Position numbers and translations under genes: made by a program. This document shows, in pieces, positions 37,604 to 46,863 of a stretch of 64,000 nucleotides of DNA. Every line of letters starts with the position of its first letter. The first letter of the stretch is position 1. Source of the stretch: Alphaproteobacteria bacterium (GTDB lineage Bacteria; Pseudomonadota; Alphaproteobacteria; SP197); the NCBI GenBank assembly GCA_964291415.2, contig OZ219917.1, positions 704,001 through 768,000 of the forward strand. Direction: 5' to 3'. The notes beneath the pieces were generated by a model. That model was given only the letters and a program-made list of their open reading frames with translations. It was not told the DNA's origin and searched no databases.

Positions 37604-38671
37604 TTGACCGGAATGACCGGAGGCCGGCTCCCCTCAGGCCGCGGCAAGTCATCTCACGATAACGATGCGGCGAGTTTCGCCGATGTCATCGAGCTGGTCC
37701 GCTGTGTGTTGCCCGCAGGGCTCATCGACGGCCGCGGCTGGGAGCAGCTGGCGGAACGGGCCGGACGGTTGCCGATGTCGGCGGCTGACGCCATGTTCGG
37801 CTTCGAGTGCCGCCTTGATGATTCGGAAGCTTCGGCCGATTTGCTGCTCTCCGTTCTCAAGGACACGCCATTTGTCGAGGTGCTCGTCCAGGAGGGCGCG
37901 GTCGCCGGTTCGAGAGCAGCGGCGCTGGCTCGATTCCTGACCGAAGTGCGGCAGCCGGATTCCTCACTGGGAGCGGCCGTCGGCCAGGTGGCGCTGGAGT
38001 ACGACATCGTCGGAATGAAGGACTTTCCGGCTCCGGGCATTTTCTTTTGCAGCGCTGACGAGAGCGGATACACCGATCCCGGATTGTTGGCGTCAGCGGG
38101 CGCGCTGGCCGCGGGCTGGAACGAGAATGCGTCCGAGCGTCGCGGGATCGAGCGCATCCTGGCCGCCCTGCCACGAGGTGCCGCGGTGCGTTGGGCTGGC
38201 GTGTTCCCGGATCGGAAGATACGGGCGGTGCGGCTGCTGGTTCGCGCCCTGGGCGACGCCCGGCCGGCGTTCCTGGAGCAGATGGGCTGGTCGGGCGATG
38301 CGGACGCCATCGAGGGAATTGTCTCGGCGTTCCGTTCCCGGGACGTGGAGAATCCCGTTCTCGCCCTCGATGTGGCCGGAGACCGCGTTTCGACGGGGCT
38401 TGGTCTGGAGCTGTCCCGGCAGGGGCGCAGCAGTGGCTGGCGTGAGGCGCTCGACATGATGACGCGCCGCGGCTGGTGCCTGCCCGAGAAAGCGGTCGCG
38501 CTGGGCTGCGTCTCCGGTAGCGAGCGGATTTACTCGTCTGGCGGAGCGTGGGACCTTCATTGTGGACTCCACCATGTCAAGCTCGCTGTTTCCGCAGGCG
38601 GTCCTCGGTTCAAGAACTATGCCGCGCGGGCGAAAGGCTATATTACCTGCGTTCTTCGCTCCGTGCCGTGA
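37604..38671 (+). CDS. uncharacterised RiPP-cluster protein, paralog 1 (putative maturase, possibly prenyltransferase-like)
   Basis: Directly downstream of the precursor. FGFECRL, ALEYD, PGIFF, LALDV, GLGLEL, GWCLPEK, HHVKL and AKGY are shared with 44668-45720. Confidence 0.7.
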   Translation: MTGMTGGRLPSGRGKSSHDNDAASFADVIELVRCVLPAGLIDGRGWEQLAERAGRLPMSAADAMFGFECRLDDSEASADLLLSVLKDTPFVEVLVQEGAVAGSRAAALARFLTEVRQPDSSLGAAVGQVALEYDIVGMKDFPAPGIFFCSADESGYTDPGLLASAGALAAGWNENASERRGIERILAALPRGAAVRWAGVFPDRKIRAVRLLVRALGDARPAFLEQMGWSGDADAIEGIVSAFRSRDVENPVLALDVAGDRVSTGLGLELSRQGRSSGWREALDMMTRRGWCLPEKAVALGCVSGSERIYSSGGAWDLHCGLHHVKLAVSAGGPRFKNYAARAKGYITCVLRSVP

Positions 38672-38686
38672 TCGAGGGAGAGGTCC

Positions 38687-39484
38687 TTGGCTGAACTAGG
38701 CGAAAGCCAGTTTCGTGAGAGCGCGTTCGCCCGCAACGCAGAGCCCGAGCCGCTGGACGACCGAGCGCAACTGACTGCTCCGCATGAGTGGGTTGTGCTG
38801 GCGTGCCTGGGACTGGTCGCGGCGGCCATCATTGCCTGGGGCGTATTCGGCAGCGTGGAGCGAACAGTGCGGTCAGACGGCGTGCTGGTCCTGTCCGGCG
38901 ATCGGCATACCGTGCTGTCCGAAGAGTCCGGTGTGGTAGTCGAAGTCCTGACGCCGGCGGGGAATCGGGTGGATTCGGGTCAGCCGATCGTCAGGATCGC
39001 CGCTTCCGGTCCCGAACGGACAGAGGGCGACGTCACGAGTCCCGGCGATGGGGTGATTGCAACGCTCCATGTCGCACGCGGCCGGACGGTCCTGGCCGGT
39101 ACCCCGGTCGCCGAGGTGGTGTCCGGAGGCGCCCACGTGCTCGACGCCGTCGCTTTCGTGCCGCGCCAGGAGTCGTGGCGGCTCGCCCCCGGCATGGCCG
39201 GCCGCGTGACCGTGGAATCGTCCGGATCGGTCGGATCCTTCAGGGTCAACCTCACCACTGTCGGGACGCGTGCCGCAGAACCTCCGGATTGGCTTGTGCG
39301 GATGCAGCCGAGTGTCGCAGCCGGGGGCCGGGGTCATCTCCTCCGGCTCACGTTTTCGGACCCTGTGCTTCCCGCGAGCTCGACCGGGAACGCCCTGCCA
39401 GGAAGCCTTGAGGACGGGACACCCTGCCGGATCGAGATTGTCCTTGAGCGCACATCTCCATTCGGCCTGCTGCTCCGGCTCTAG
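38687..39484 (+). CDS. NHLP-system HlyD-family secretion adaptor, short form
   Basis: F..SAF..A.PEPLD, one TM helix ending AWGVFGSV, lipoyl-like halves (SGVVVEV..GQPIV / VTSPGDGVI), LAPGM and C-terminal I..ERTSP. Confidence 0.8.
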   Translation: MAELGESQFRESAFARNAEPEPLDDRAQLTAPHEWVVLACLGLVAAAIIAWGVFGSVERTVRSDGVLVLSGDRHTVLSEESGVVVEVLTPAGNRVDSGQPIVRIAASGPERTEGDVTSPGDGVIATLHVARGRTVLAGTPVAEVVSGGAHVLDAVAFVPRQESWRLAPGMAGRVTVESSGSVGSFRVNLTTVGTRAAEPPDWLVRMQPSVAAGGRGHLLRLTFSDPVLPASSTGNALPGSLEDGTPCRIEIVLERTSPFGLLLRL

Positions 39485-39520
39485 GAACGCGCCGCGGGAA
39501 ACGGAGACGCAACCCGGACA

Positions 39521-41728
39521 ATGTCTGCTTACGCCCATGGCCTGAGAGAACGGTGGCGGCATCTGTTCACGGGCCGCGTGCGCACACCTCTTGTGCTTCA
39601 GATTGAGGCGACCGAATGCGGAGCAGCCTGTCTGGCTTCGGTTCTCCGCCATTTCGGATGCTGGGTGTCGCTGGAGGAGATGCGCGAGGCGTGCGCCGTC
39701 AGCCGCGATGGCTGTTCGGCCGCCGACATCGCGCGCGCGGCGCGGCAGTACGGACTTGAAACAACGGGCTGGAAGCAGGAGATCGGAGACCTTCCCGGCC
39801 TCTCTCTTCCGGCCATTTTGTTCTGGGAATTCCGTCATTTCGTTGTTCTGGAGGGTATCGGGAAGGGACGATACCTCATCAACGATCCGGGCCGTGGCCG
39901 GCGCGTGATCGACGAAGACGGCTTCGATCGCGCCTTTACCGGTGTGGCACTGGAACTCAAGCCCAGCGGGTCGTTTTGCCGCAAGGCGCCGCCACCGGGT
40001 GTGCTGCGCCGGCTGTGGCCCTGGATAAGCGGCTTCAGATCGTCACTCCTGTTCTCGCTGCTGGCCGGGTTGCTGCTTGCGATTCCGGGAATTGCGGCTC
40101 CGGTGCTGCTTGGACTCTTCGTCGATGCTGTTCTCAGAGGCGGGCAGCACGACTGGGGCGGCACATTGATCGGCGCGATGACCGCTGCCGGCATTGCCGT
40201 CTACATCCTCACCTGGCTTCGCGAGAGGTCGTTGCGGCGTCTGGCGGTCGCCGTCGCCGTCCGTCAGGCGGACCGCTTCGTCGGCCGCCTGTTGAGCAGG
40301 TCGGCCCAGTTCTTCGCCCGGCGCATGGCGGGAGATCTGCTGTCGCGGGCGCAGTCGATCGAGCAGGTCGTCGCCATCGGCGTCGTTCAGCTCGTGGGCG
40401 TGGCCGCTGATCTGGCAATGAGTCTCGCCTTCCTGTCGCTGATGGTCGTTTACGATGCCGGACTCGCGGCTGTGGTGATCTTCATCGCGGCGGCGTGCGC
40501 CGCCGCGGCGCGTTTCACCAGCCGCTACCGGACCGATGAAAGCCATGGCCTGCAGCGCGAACAGGGTCTGTGGATCGGCGTCGGCCTCGCCGGACTGCGC
40601 AACGTCGAGGCCCTGCGCGCGACCGCGTCCGAGAACGATTTCTTCTCCCGCTGGAGCGGCCATCAGGCACGCGAGCTGAACGCCCGGCAGAGGTTCGAGG
40701 AACTCGGTCACGTCACGGAAGCCGTCCCGGTCCTGTTCACCGCGCTTGCCGGAACAGCAGTGCTCGGGATTGGCGGCTGGCAGATGATTCACGCCGAGAT
40801 GACGCTGGGCAGCCTCATGGCGTTCTACATGCTGGCCTGGGGATTCCTCCAACCGATTGGCCGGTTCGTGCAGTTCGCGGAACTGTTGCGCACGCTGGAC
40901 GCGGAGTTGGCACGGCTCGAGGAGGTGCTCGACGCTCCGAGCTCCCGAAACGACGCGGCATCGACCATCGCGCCTCGGATTGCCACTGTTGACGGGAGGC
41001 TGCGGCTGCGCGGACACCTCGAGATGCGCAACGTCACTTTCGGATTCAGGCGCTACCGGCCGCCGTTGATCGAAGGATTCAACCTCGTGATCGAACCCGG
41101 TCAGCGAATTGCCATCGTCGGGCCGAGTGGATCGGGCAAGTCCACCCTGTCGCTGCTGGCGGCGGGGATCCACCGGCCCTGGTCCGGCGAAATCCTGTTC
41201 GACGGCATTCGCCGCGACGAGGTCCCGCGCGACGTCCTCAACGATTCGATTTCGGTCGTGTCCCAGGATACGGCGCTCATCGAGGGCTCATTGCGCGACA
41301 ATCTCACCCTGTGGAATCCGACCGTCCCCGATTCGCAGCTGATCGCCGCGGCCCGGGACGCGGCGATCCATGACGACATCATGGCCAGAGTCCACGGTTA
41401 CGACGCCGAGGTCGAGGAAGGAGGGCTCAATTTCAGCGGCGGCCAGCGCCAGCGGCTGGAAATCGCCCGCGCGCTGGTTCACGGTCCCTCGTTGCTGATT
41501 CTCGACGAGGCCACGGCAGCGCTCGATGCGATCACCGAGAACCGGATCGACGACGCATTGCGCCGTCGCGGCTGCTCCTGCCTGATTGTCGCCCACCGCC
41601 TGAGCACGATCCGTGACAGCGACCGGATCATCGTGCTCGACCATGGACGTGTGGTTCAGGACGGTACCCACGACGAACTGATCGCCTCCGAGGACGGTCT
41701 CTATGCGGAGCTGGTTCATGCCTCCTGA
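39521..41728 (+). CDS. NHLP-family peptidase-containing ABC exporter (C39 peptidase + permease + ATPase)
   Basis: RTPLVLQIEATECGAACL (Q/C), FRHFVV (H), INDP (D), GPSGSGKS, FSGGQRQRLE, LILDE and AHRLSTIR. Confidence 0.95.
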   Translation: MSAYAHGLRERWRHLFTGRVRTPLVLQIEATECGAACLASVLRHFGCWVSLEEMREACAVSRDGCSAADIARAARQYGLETTGWKQEIGDLPGLSLPAILFWEFRHFVVLEGIGKGRYLINDPGRGRRVIDEDGFDRAFTGVALELKPSGSFCRKAPPPGVLRRLWPWISGFRSSLLFSLLAGLLLAIPGIAAPVLLGLFVDAVLRGGQHDWGGTLIGAMTAAGIAVYILTWLRERSLRRLAVAVAVRQADRFVGRLLSRSAQFFARRMAGDLLSRAQSIEQVVAIGVVQLVGVAADLAMSLAFLSLMVVYDAGLAAVVIFIAAACAAAARFTSRYRTDESHGLQREQGLWIGVGLAGLRNVEALRATASENDFFSRWSGHQARELNARQRFEELGHVTEAVPVLFTALAGTAVLGIGGWQMIHAEMTLGSLMAFYMLAWGFLQPIGRFVQFAELLRTLDAELARLEEVLDAPSSRNDAASTIAPRIATVDGRLRLRGHLEMRNVTFGFRRYRPPLIEGFNLVIEPGQRIAIVGPSGSGKSTLSLLAAGIHRPWSGEILFDGIRRDEVPRDVLNDSISVVSQDTALIEGSLRDNLTLWNPTVPDSQLIAAARDAAIHDDIMARVHGYDAEVEEGGLNFSGGQRQRLEIARALVHGPSLLILDEATAALDAITENRIDDALRRRGCSCLIVAHRLSTIRDSDRIIVLDHGRVVQDGTHDELIASEDGLYAELVHAS

Positions 41729-44651
41729 CCGCAGGGACAGACCGCAGCCGGATGGTCTCCCAGCCGGCGGCCCGGATCGCCGGTCCCTCGCTGAAATGGC
41801 CATGGCGCTGGGTGAGTCGGTCGTTGCCGGCAACCGTTTCCTGCCGCTCGACGATCCCGCAAGCCTGTGGTTTGTCGAGAGCGGCGCCCTCGACGTCTTC
41901 CTGGTCGGAGTCAGTGACGGACTGGACGAAGCGCCCTTTCGCCATGTGCTGAGGCTGGAGGCCGGCGGCCTCGCCTTTGGCGCCACCAGCAACGAGGAGC
42001 TGCGCCTTGCGGCCAAGGGCCTGCCGGACACGGTCCTGCGGCGCATACCAGCAGCCGGTCTCATCGCGGGCGCTGCCGGCGATGCCGATGGTTGGCAGCG
42101 CATCGTGGCGGAGGACGCCGACAACTGGGTCGCCGGCATCATCGCCGCAGTCGCCGCCGGGGTCGAGGTGCGCCCGCGTTCCGACATGCTGCTGTGCGAA
42201 GGGACTGTGACCGGGGCCAGCGGCATCCTGACGAGCAACGAAGGCGTGTTCTGGATCGAGGGCGCGCCGGCGCTGTTCTTCGGCACCGAGGATCCGATGG
42301 AAGGAGAACTCGTGGCGGTCGCGCCGGACGGTTGGGTGGCGCTGCACGGCCGCGCCGACATCACGGTCCTGTCTTCGCGGACGCTCGGGGCCGAAGCGCT
42401 GCTGTCCCGGGCCCTGCCGGGCTTCCACCGCCTGGCGTTCGCCGCTCAGATGTTCAATCGCCGGATGCTGCTGGCTGATCAGGCCGGTCTTCAGGTCGAA
42501 CGTACGATATGGCGCCGGCGCGACGAGAACCAAGCGCGGAGGAACCTGTTCACGCTTCACGCGTCGACCCGCCCCGCCGCCTCCGGCGGCGGGGCTCTGA
42601 TGGCAGCGCTGTGCGCAGTCGGACGCCATGAGGGAATTGCCATCCGGGAGCCTGGCAACCGCTCGGATGAGCCGCCGGTGCTGGCCGACCTGTTGCACGC
42701 ATCGGGAGTTCGGGCACGGCGGATACGCCTGGTGTCCGGGGAACGCTGGTGGCGCGGCGACAGCGGCGCCATTCTGGCCTTCCGGCGCGACAGCGGCGAG
42801 CCTGTTGCTCTCCTGCCCGGCGTCATGGGGCGTTACCGCCTCTTCGACCCGGCAACCGCTGAGTCGTCGCTGGTCGGACGAAGTGACACAGCCACTCTTG
42901 CCCCGGATGGTTATGTCCTCTACCGGCCGCTGCCCGATGACCGGCCCCTTGGCACGTGGACCCTGCTGGCGGGTGCCGCCGGCCGGTTCGGCGCAGATCT
43001 CGCCCGTGTCATTGCTGCCGGCCTGGCGGCTGGTGTCCTGGCCCTGGCGCCGGCGGCTGGCATCGGCGTGCTGCTCGACCGCGTGGTTCCCTCGGGCGAC
43101 GGCGGTGCGCTCCTGCAGCTCACGCTGGTGCTGGTCCTACTCGCGCTCGCGGCGGCGCTGACCCATGTGCTGCGCGGCACGGCGGTCATGCGTATCGAGG
43201 GTCGGCTCGCCGCGCGCGCGACTGCCGCCCTGTGGGACCGTCTGCTGCGGCTGCAAACCAGTTTCTACCGCCAGTACAGTTCCGGCGAGATATCCATGAG
43301 GGCGCTGGCTTTCCAGACGCTGCGCGACCGGCTCTCCGGCGCGACCGGGACCGCGGTGCTGTCCCTCCTGTTTCTCATTCCTTCGATCATCCTCGTGTTC
43401 CTGTGCGACGCCGCACTCGGCTGGGCAACTCTGGGCATCGGCATTGCCGCGCTCGCCGTAACGGTCGCATTCGGGGTAGCGCAGATGGCCGCGCAGCGCC
43501 TCCGGTTTCGCGAGGAGCGCGTGCTCGCCGGCCATCTCCTGCAGCTCATCGACTGCGTTCGCAAGCTGCAGGCCGCTGGAGCGGAAGGGTCGGCCCGGGC
43601 GTCCTGGGCGCGGCGCTACAGGAAACAGAAACAGGCCGAGATTCGCGTCGGCATCCTGAACGAGCACCTCAAGGCGTTCAGTGCCGCGGTGCCCCTGGTG
43701 GCGGCGGCGACGCTTCTTGCCGTTGCCGCCACGCGGGAAGACGGCATGCTCGATGTCGGCGAATTCCTCGTCGCCTATGTCGCCTCGATGATGTTCTACG
43801 CCTCCATCGTCGCGCTTGGCGCGGCGTTCGAGGCCATTGCCTCGTTCGGACCGGTCTGTGAACAGGTCCTGCCCATTCTCGCAGGCACACCCGACTCCCG
43901 GCCGAAGCCAGGCCCGCCACCCGTGCTCGGCGGCGCGCTTCGCTTCGAATCCGTGAGCTTCCGCTATGGTGACGACGGCCCGCTGATTCTCGATCAGGTC
44001 TCCATCGAGGCCCAGCCGGGTGAATTCGTCGCTGTTGTCGGCGAGTCCGGCGCCGGCAAGAGCACGCTCATTCGCCTCGCGCTCGGCCTCGAGATGCCCA
44101 CAAGTGGCGCGGTCTATTACGACGAGCGCGATCTTGCCCATCTCGATCCGGTTGTGGTGCGCCGGCAGGTCGGCGCGGTCCTCCAGGATTCCGGCACGCA
44201 AATCGGCACCGTTCTCAACAACATCATCAGCCTGGACCAGTCCCTGACCGCAGACGACGCCTGGCGCGCCGCACGCAAGGCAACGGTTGACCGCGACATC
44301 GCGGCAATGCCGATGCGGATGCACACCAGCATGGGGGAACGCGCGGTCGTCGTGTCCGGTGGGCAGAGTCAGCGAATCCGCATCGCTCAGGCGCTGGTCC
44401 GCGACCCACGCATCGTCTTGCTCGACGAGGCCACCAACTGGCTGGACCGTCGGAACCAGGCGGCCCTGATGAAGGGAATTCGCGACTCGACCGCCACGAG
44501 GGTGGTGGTCGCCCACCGAATATCGACGATCCGCGAAGCGCACCGAATCTATGTGCTCAAGGCCGGAAGAGTTGTTCAGGTCGGGCGCTTCGATGAACTT
44601 GCCAGCACGGACGGCCCGTTCCGCGAACTGGTGAGCCGGCAGATGTCGTGA
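41718..44651 (+). CDS. NHLP-system second ABC transporter (permease/ATPase, no active C39 domain)
   Basis: N-terminal WFVESGALDVF, SGVRARRIRL...WWRGDSG, GESGAGKS, SGGQ, LLDEAT and AHRISTIR. Confidence 0.92.
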   Translation: MPPDRRDRPQPDGLPAGGPDRRSLAEMAMALGESVVAGNRFLPLDDPASLWFVESGALDVFLVGVSDGLDEAPFRHVLRLEAGGLAFGATSNEELRLAAKGLPDTVLRRIPAAGLIAGAAGDADGWQRIVAEDADNWVAGIIAAVAAGVEVRPRSDMLLCEGTVTGASGILTSNEGVFWIEGAPALFFGTEDPMEGELVAVAPDGWVALHGRADITVLSSRTLGAEALLSRALPGFHRLAFAAQMFNRRMLLADQAGLQVERTIWRRRDENQARRNLFTLHASTRPAASGGGALMAALCAVGRHEGIAIREPGNRSDEPPVLADLLHASGVRARRIRLVSGERWWRGDSGAILAFRRDSGEPVALLPGVMGRYRLFDPATAESSLVGRSDTATLAPDGYVLYRPLPDDRPLGTWTLLAGAAGRFGADLARVIAAGLAAGVLALAPAAGIGVLLDRVVPSGDGGALLQLTLVLVLLALAAALTHVLRGTAVMRIEGRLAARATAALWDRLLRLQTSFYRQYSSGEISMRALAFQTLRDRLSGATGTAVLSLLFLIPSIILVFLCDAALGWATLGIGIAALAVTVAFGVAQMAAQRLRFREERVLAGHLLQLIDCVRKLQAAGAEGSARASWARRYRKQKQAEIRVGILNEHLKAFSAAVPLVAAATLLAVAATREDGMLDVGEFLVAYVASMMFYASIVALGAAFEAIASFGPVCEQVLPILAGTPDSRPKPGPPPVLGGALRFESVSFRYGDDGPLILDQVSIEAQPGEFVAVVGESGAGKSTLIRLALGLEMPTSGAVYYDERDLAHLDPVVVRRQVGAVLQDSGTQIGTVLNNIISLDQSLTADDAWRAARKATVDRDIAAMPMRMHTSMGERAVVVSGGQSQRIRIAQALVRDPRIVLLDEATNWLDRRNQAALMKGIRDSTATRVVVAHRISTIREAHRIYVLKAGRVVQVGRFDELASTDGPFRELVSRQMS

Positions 44652-44667
44652 GGCCCGCGCAGGGCCT

Positions 44668-45720
44668 TCATAGCGAGAGGATGTCGGATCCGATGGACTC
44701 GAAGGGAAGATAACCGGCGGCCGGATAGGCCTTGGCCTCGATCGCGTTCTCACCGTCTCGCGCCTCGAAGGACACCTTGACGTGAGCGAGGGAGGTCAAC
44801 AGGCCAAACGTCTTGCCTCCACAGAACACCAGTTCCCGTCCCGGCCAGGCCATCAGCCCGTCCATCTTCTCCGGAAGGCACAGTCCGCGTTCGCACAACC
44901 GGGCGAGGAAGGCCCCCCACGGACCTGCGCCCGAGTGGGTCAACGTCCCCGTCTTGCCCTGAAACAGCTCCAGCCCGACGCGCGGCAGGATGGCTTGCGC
45001 GGTCACGTCGAACGAGATCCGGAGCGCGTGGAACATCCCTTCGAACCGGGAAAGAAAGTCGGCAACTGCGTCGGCGGGCCCGTTCCAACCCAGGTCCTCC
45101 AGGACCGGCAATACGCGCGCCGGCTCCATCGACCGGCTGATGACCCTGTACGCTCGTGTCGGCCGGCCCGGCATGATCCCGAGATACTCGACCGCCGCGC
45201 CGTCCGCCGACATCCTGTCGAACGTCCGGCCGAGCACCCGGCGCTCCAGCCGCCAGCCGACCACGCCCGCGAGCCATTCCGCCACCGTGTCCATGGCATC
45301 GGTTCCGGTCCGGATCTTCACGAACAGTCCGGGAGGCGTGCCGTGCGGACCACCCGCTGCATCATACTCGACCGCAAGGAGTCCGAACCCGGACGCGCCG
45401 TCCCCGATCGCGGCAGGACCGGTGCCGAACTCGCCTTCCCATTCGCCGTGCCGCATGTAGTGTTCTGCAAGCGCCCCGGTTCGTGGCAGCATGACAAAGA
45501 TGTCCGCGTTGGCTGCCGTCTCGCCAAGCCGAAGCTCGAAACCGAAACCGGCGCCGGGCTCGACGGGCAGTCCCCGAACCGTCTCGTGCAGGCGGTGCCA
45601 GCCGACAGCGTCGATCAGCGCCGGGGATACCGCGCCCGAGAGGGCGTCGAGGATTGCGCCGAACGCGAAAGCGGCGTCTTCCGCCGACAGATCCGCCCGT
45701 GCTTTCCCCATGGGCGGCAC
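44668..45720 (-). CDS. uncharacterised RiPP-cluster protein, paralog 2
   Basis: FGFELRL, AVEYD, PPGLF, GIMPGR, ISFDV, RVGLEL, GLCLPEK, AHVKV and EAKAY, collinear with 37604-38671. Confidence 0.7.
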   Translation of the reverse strand: MPPMGKARADLSAEDAAFAFGAILDALSGAVSPALIDAVGWHRLHETVRGLPVEPGAGFGFELRLGETAANADIFVMLPRTGALAEHYMRHGEWEGEFGTGPAAIGDGASGFGLLAVEYDAAGGPHGTPPGLFVKIRTGTDAMDTVAEWLAGVVGWRLERRVLGRTFDRMSADGAAVEYLGIMPGRPTRAYRVISRSMEPARVLPVLEDLGWNGPADAVADFLSRFEGMFHALRISFDVTAQAILPRVGLELFQGKTGTLTHSGAGPWGAFLARLCERGLCLPEKMDGLMAWPGRELVFCGGKTFGLLTSLAHVKVSFEARDGENAIEAKAYPAAGYLPFESIGSDILSL

Positions 45721-45882
45721 GGTTCAGGTCGAGGTGGCGGGTGTCAAGCCCGTCCGGCCCCAATGCCCCATCCCTATGGCGAACAGACGTTGTCCGGCTG
45801 ACCGGTCCTCCGGGGCCGCCTTGCTCGCTGTTCGGGCGCACATTGGACGCCAACGGACTCGACGCAACCCGGCCCCTTGCCT

Positions 45883-46863
45883 TCAGGGGATGAGGACCGT
45901 GGATCCGGTTGTGTTCCTCTCCTCCATCAATTCGTGGGCCTTTGCGATGTCGGCGAGGTCGAAGGTCTGGCCGATGGTGACCTTCACCTTTCCGGTTCCC
46001 ACCATGTCGAAGACGCGCCGGGCGCAGGCTTCGAGCTCGAGGCGCGTCGCCGTGTAGTCGTCGAGCGTCGGCCGGGTGACGAAGATCGATCCCCTGGCCG
46101 CGAGCAGCAGCATGCGGAAGGGCTCCGGTTCGCCGGAGGACTGGCCGAAGGACACCAGGGTGCCGCGGGGGGCGAGGCATGCGAGACTGGATTCGAAACT
46201 CGTCCGGCCAATCGAATCGAACACCACCGGAACACCCCTGCCGGCCGTTTCGGCGCTCACCACCTCTTCTAGCGTGTCCTGGCCCCATATGACAGGGACG
46301 TGACAGCCGTTCATGCGCGCGAGGCGCGCCTTGGCGTCGCTGGAGACGGTGCCGATCACACGGGCGCCAAGCGCTCTCGCCCACTGGCAGGCAATGAGAC
46401 CGACACCGCCTGCCGCCGCATGGAAGACGATGGTCTGGCCGCGGCGCACGGGGACGCATCGCTCCAGCAGGTACTCGACCGTCATCGCCTTGGTCATCAT
46501 GGCGGCGGCTATGGTCTCCTCCATGTCCGCGGGCAGCCGCACGACCCGGGAGGCGTCGGCGTTCATGGCCTCGGCACAGTTCCCCGGGCCCGAGAGAACG
46601 GCGACGCGGTCGCCTTCGGCGAGGTGCTGGACGCCGGCGCCGAGCGCCTCCACCACGCCTGCCGACTCCGAGCCGGGCGTGACGGGAAGATCGACGGGAT
46701 AGAGTCCCCTGCGTTCGTAGATGTCGTAGAAGTTGAGAGCGATCGCGGTATTGCGCACCCGCACCTCGCCGGCGCCCGGAGGATCAAGGACCGTGTCGGC
46801 GAGTTCCAGAACCTGAGGGCCGCCACAACGCGCAAGGCGCACCGCCCTTATGGTTGCGCTCAC
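45883..46863 (-). CDS. NADPH:quinone oxidoreductase (zeta-crystallin/QOR), copy 2; GTG start overlaps the upstream stop
   Basis: GGPQVL, LNFYD...GLYP, HAAAGGVG, VVFDSIG, FGQSSG and TTGS. Confidence 0.88.
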   Translation of the reverse strand: MSATIRAVRLARCGGPQVLELADTVLDPPGAGEVRVRNTAIALNFYDIYERRGLYPVDLPVTPGSESAGVVEALGAGVQHLAEGDRVAVLSGPGNCAEAMNADASRVVRLPADMEETIAAAMMTKAMTVEYLLERCVPVRRGQTIVFHAAAGGVGLIACQWARALGARVIGTVSSDAKARLARMNGCHVPVIWGQDTLEEVVSAETAGRGVPVVFDSIGRTSFESSLACLAPRGTLVSFGQSSGEPEPFRMLLLAARGSIFVTRPTLDDYTATRLELEACARRVFDMVGTGKVKVTIGQTFDLADIAKAHELMEERNTTGSTVLIP

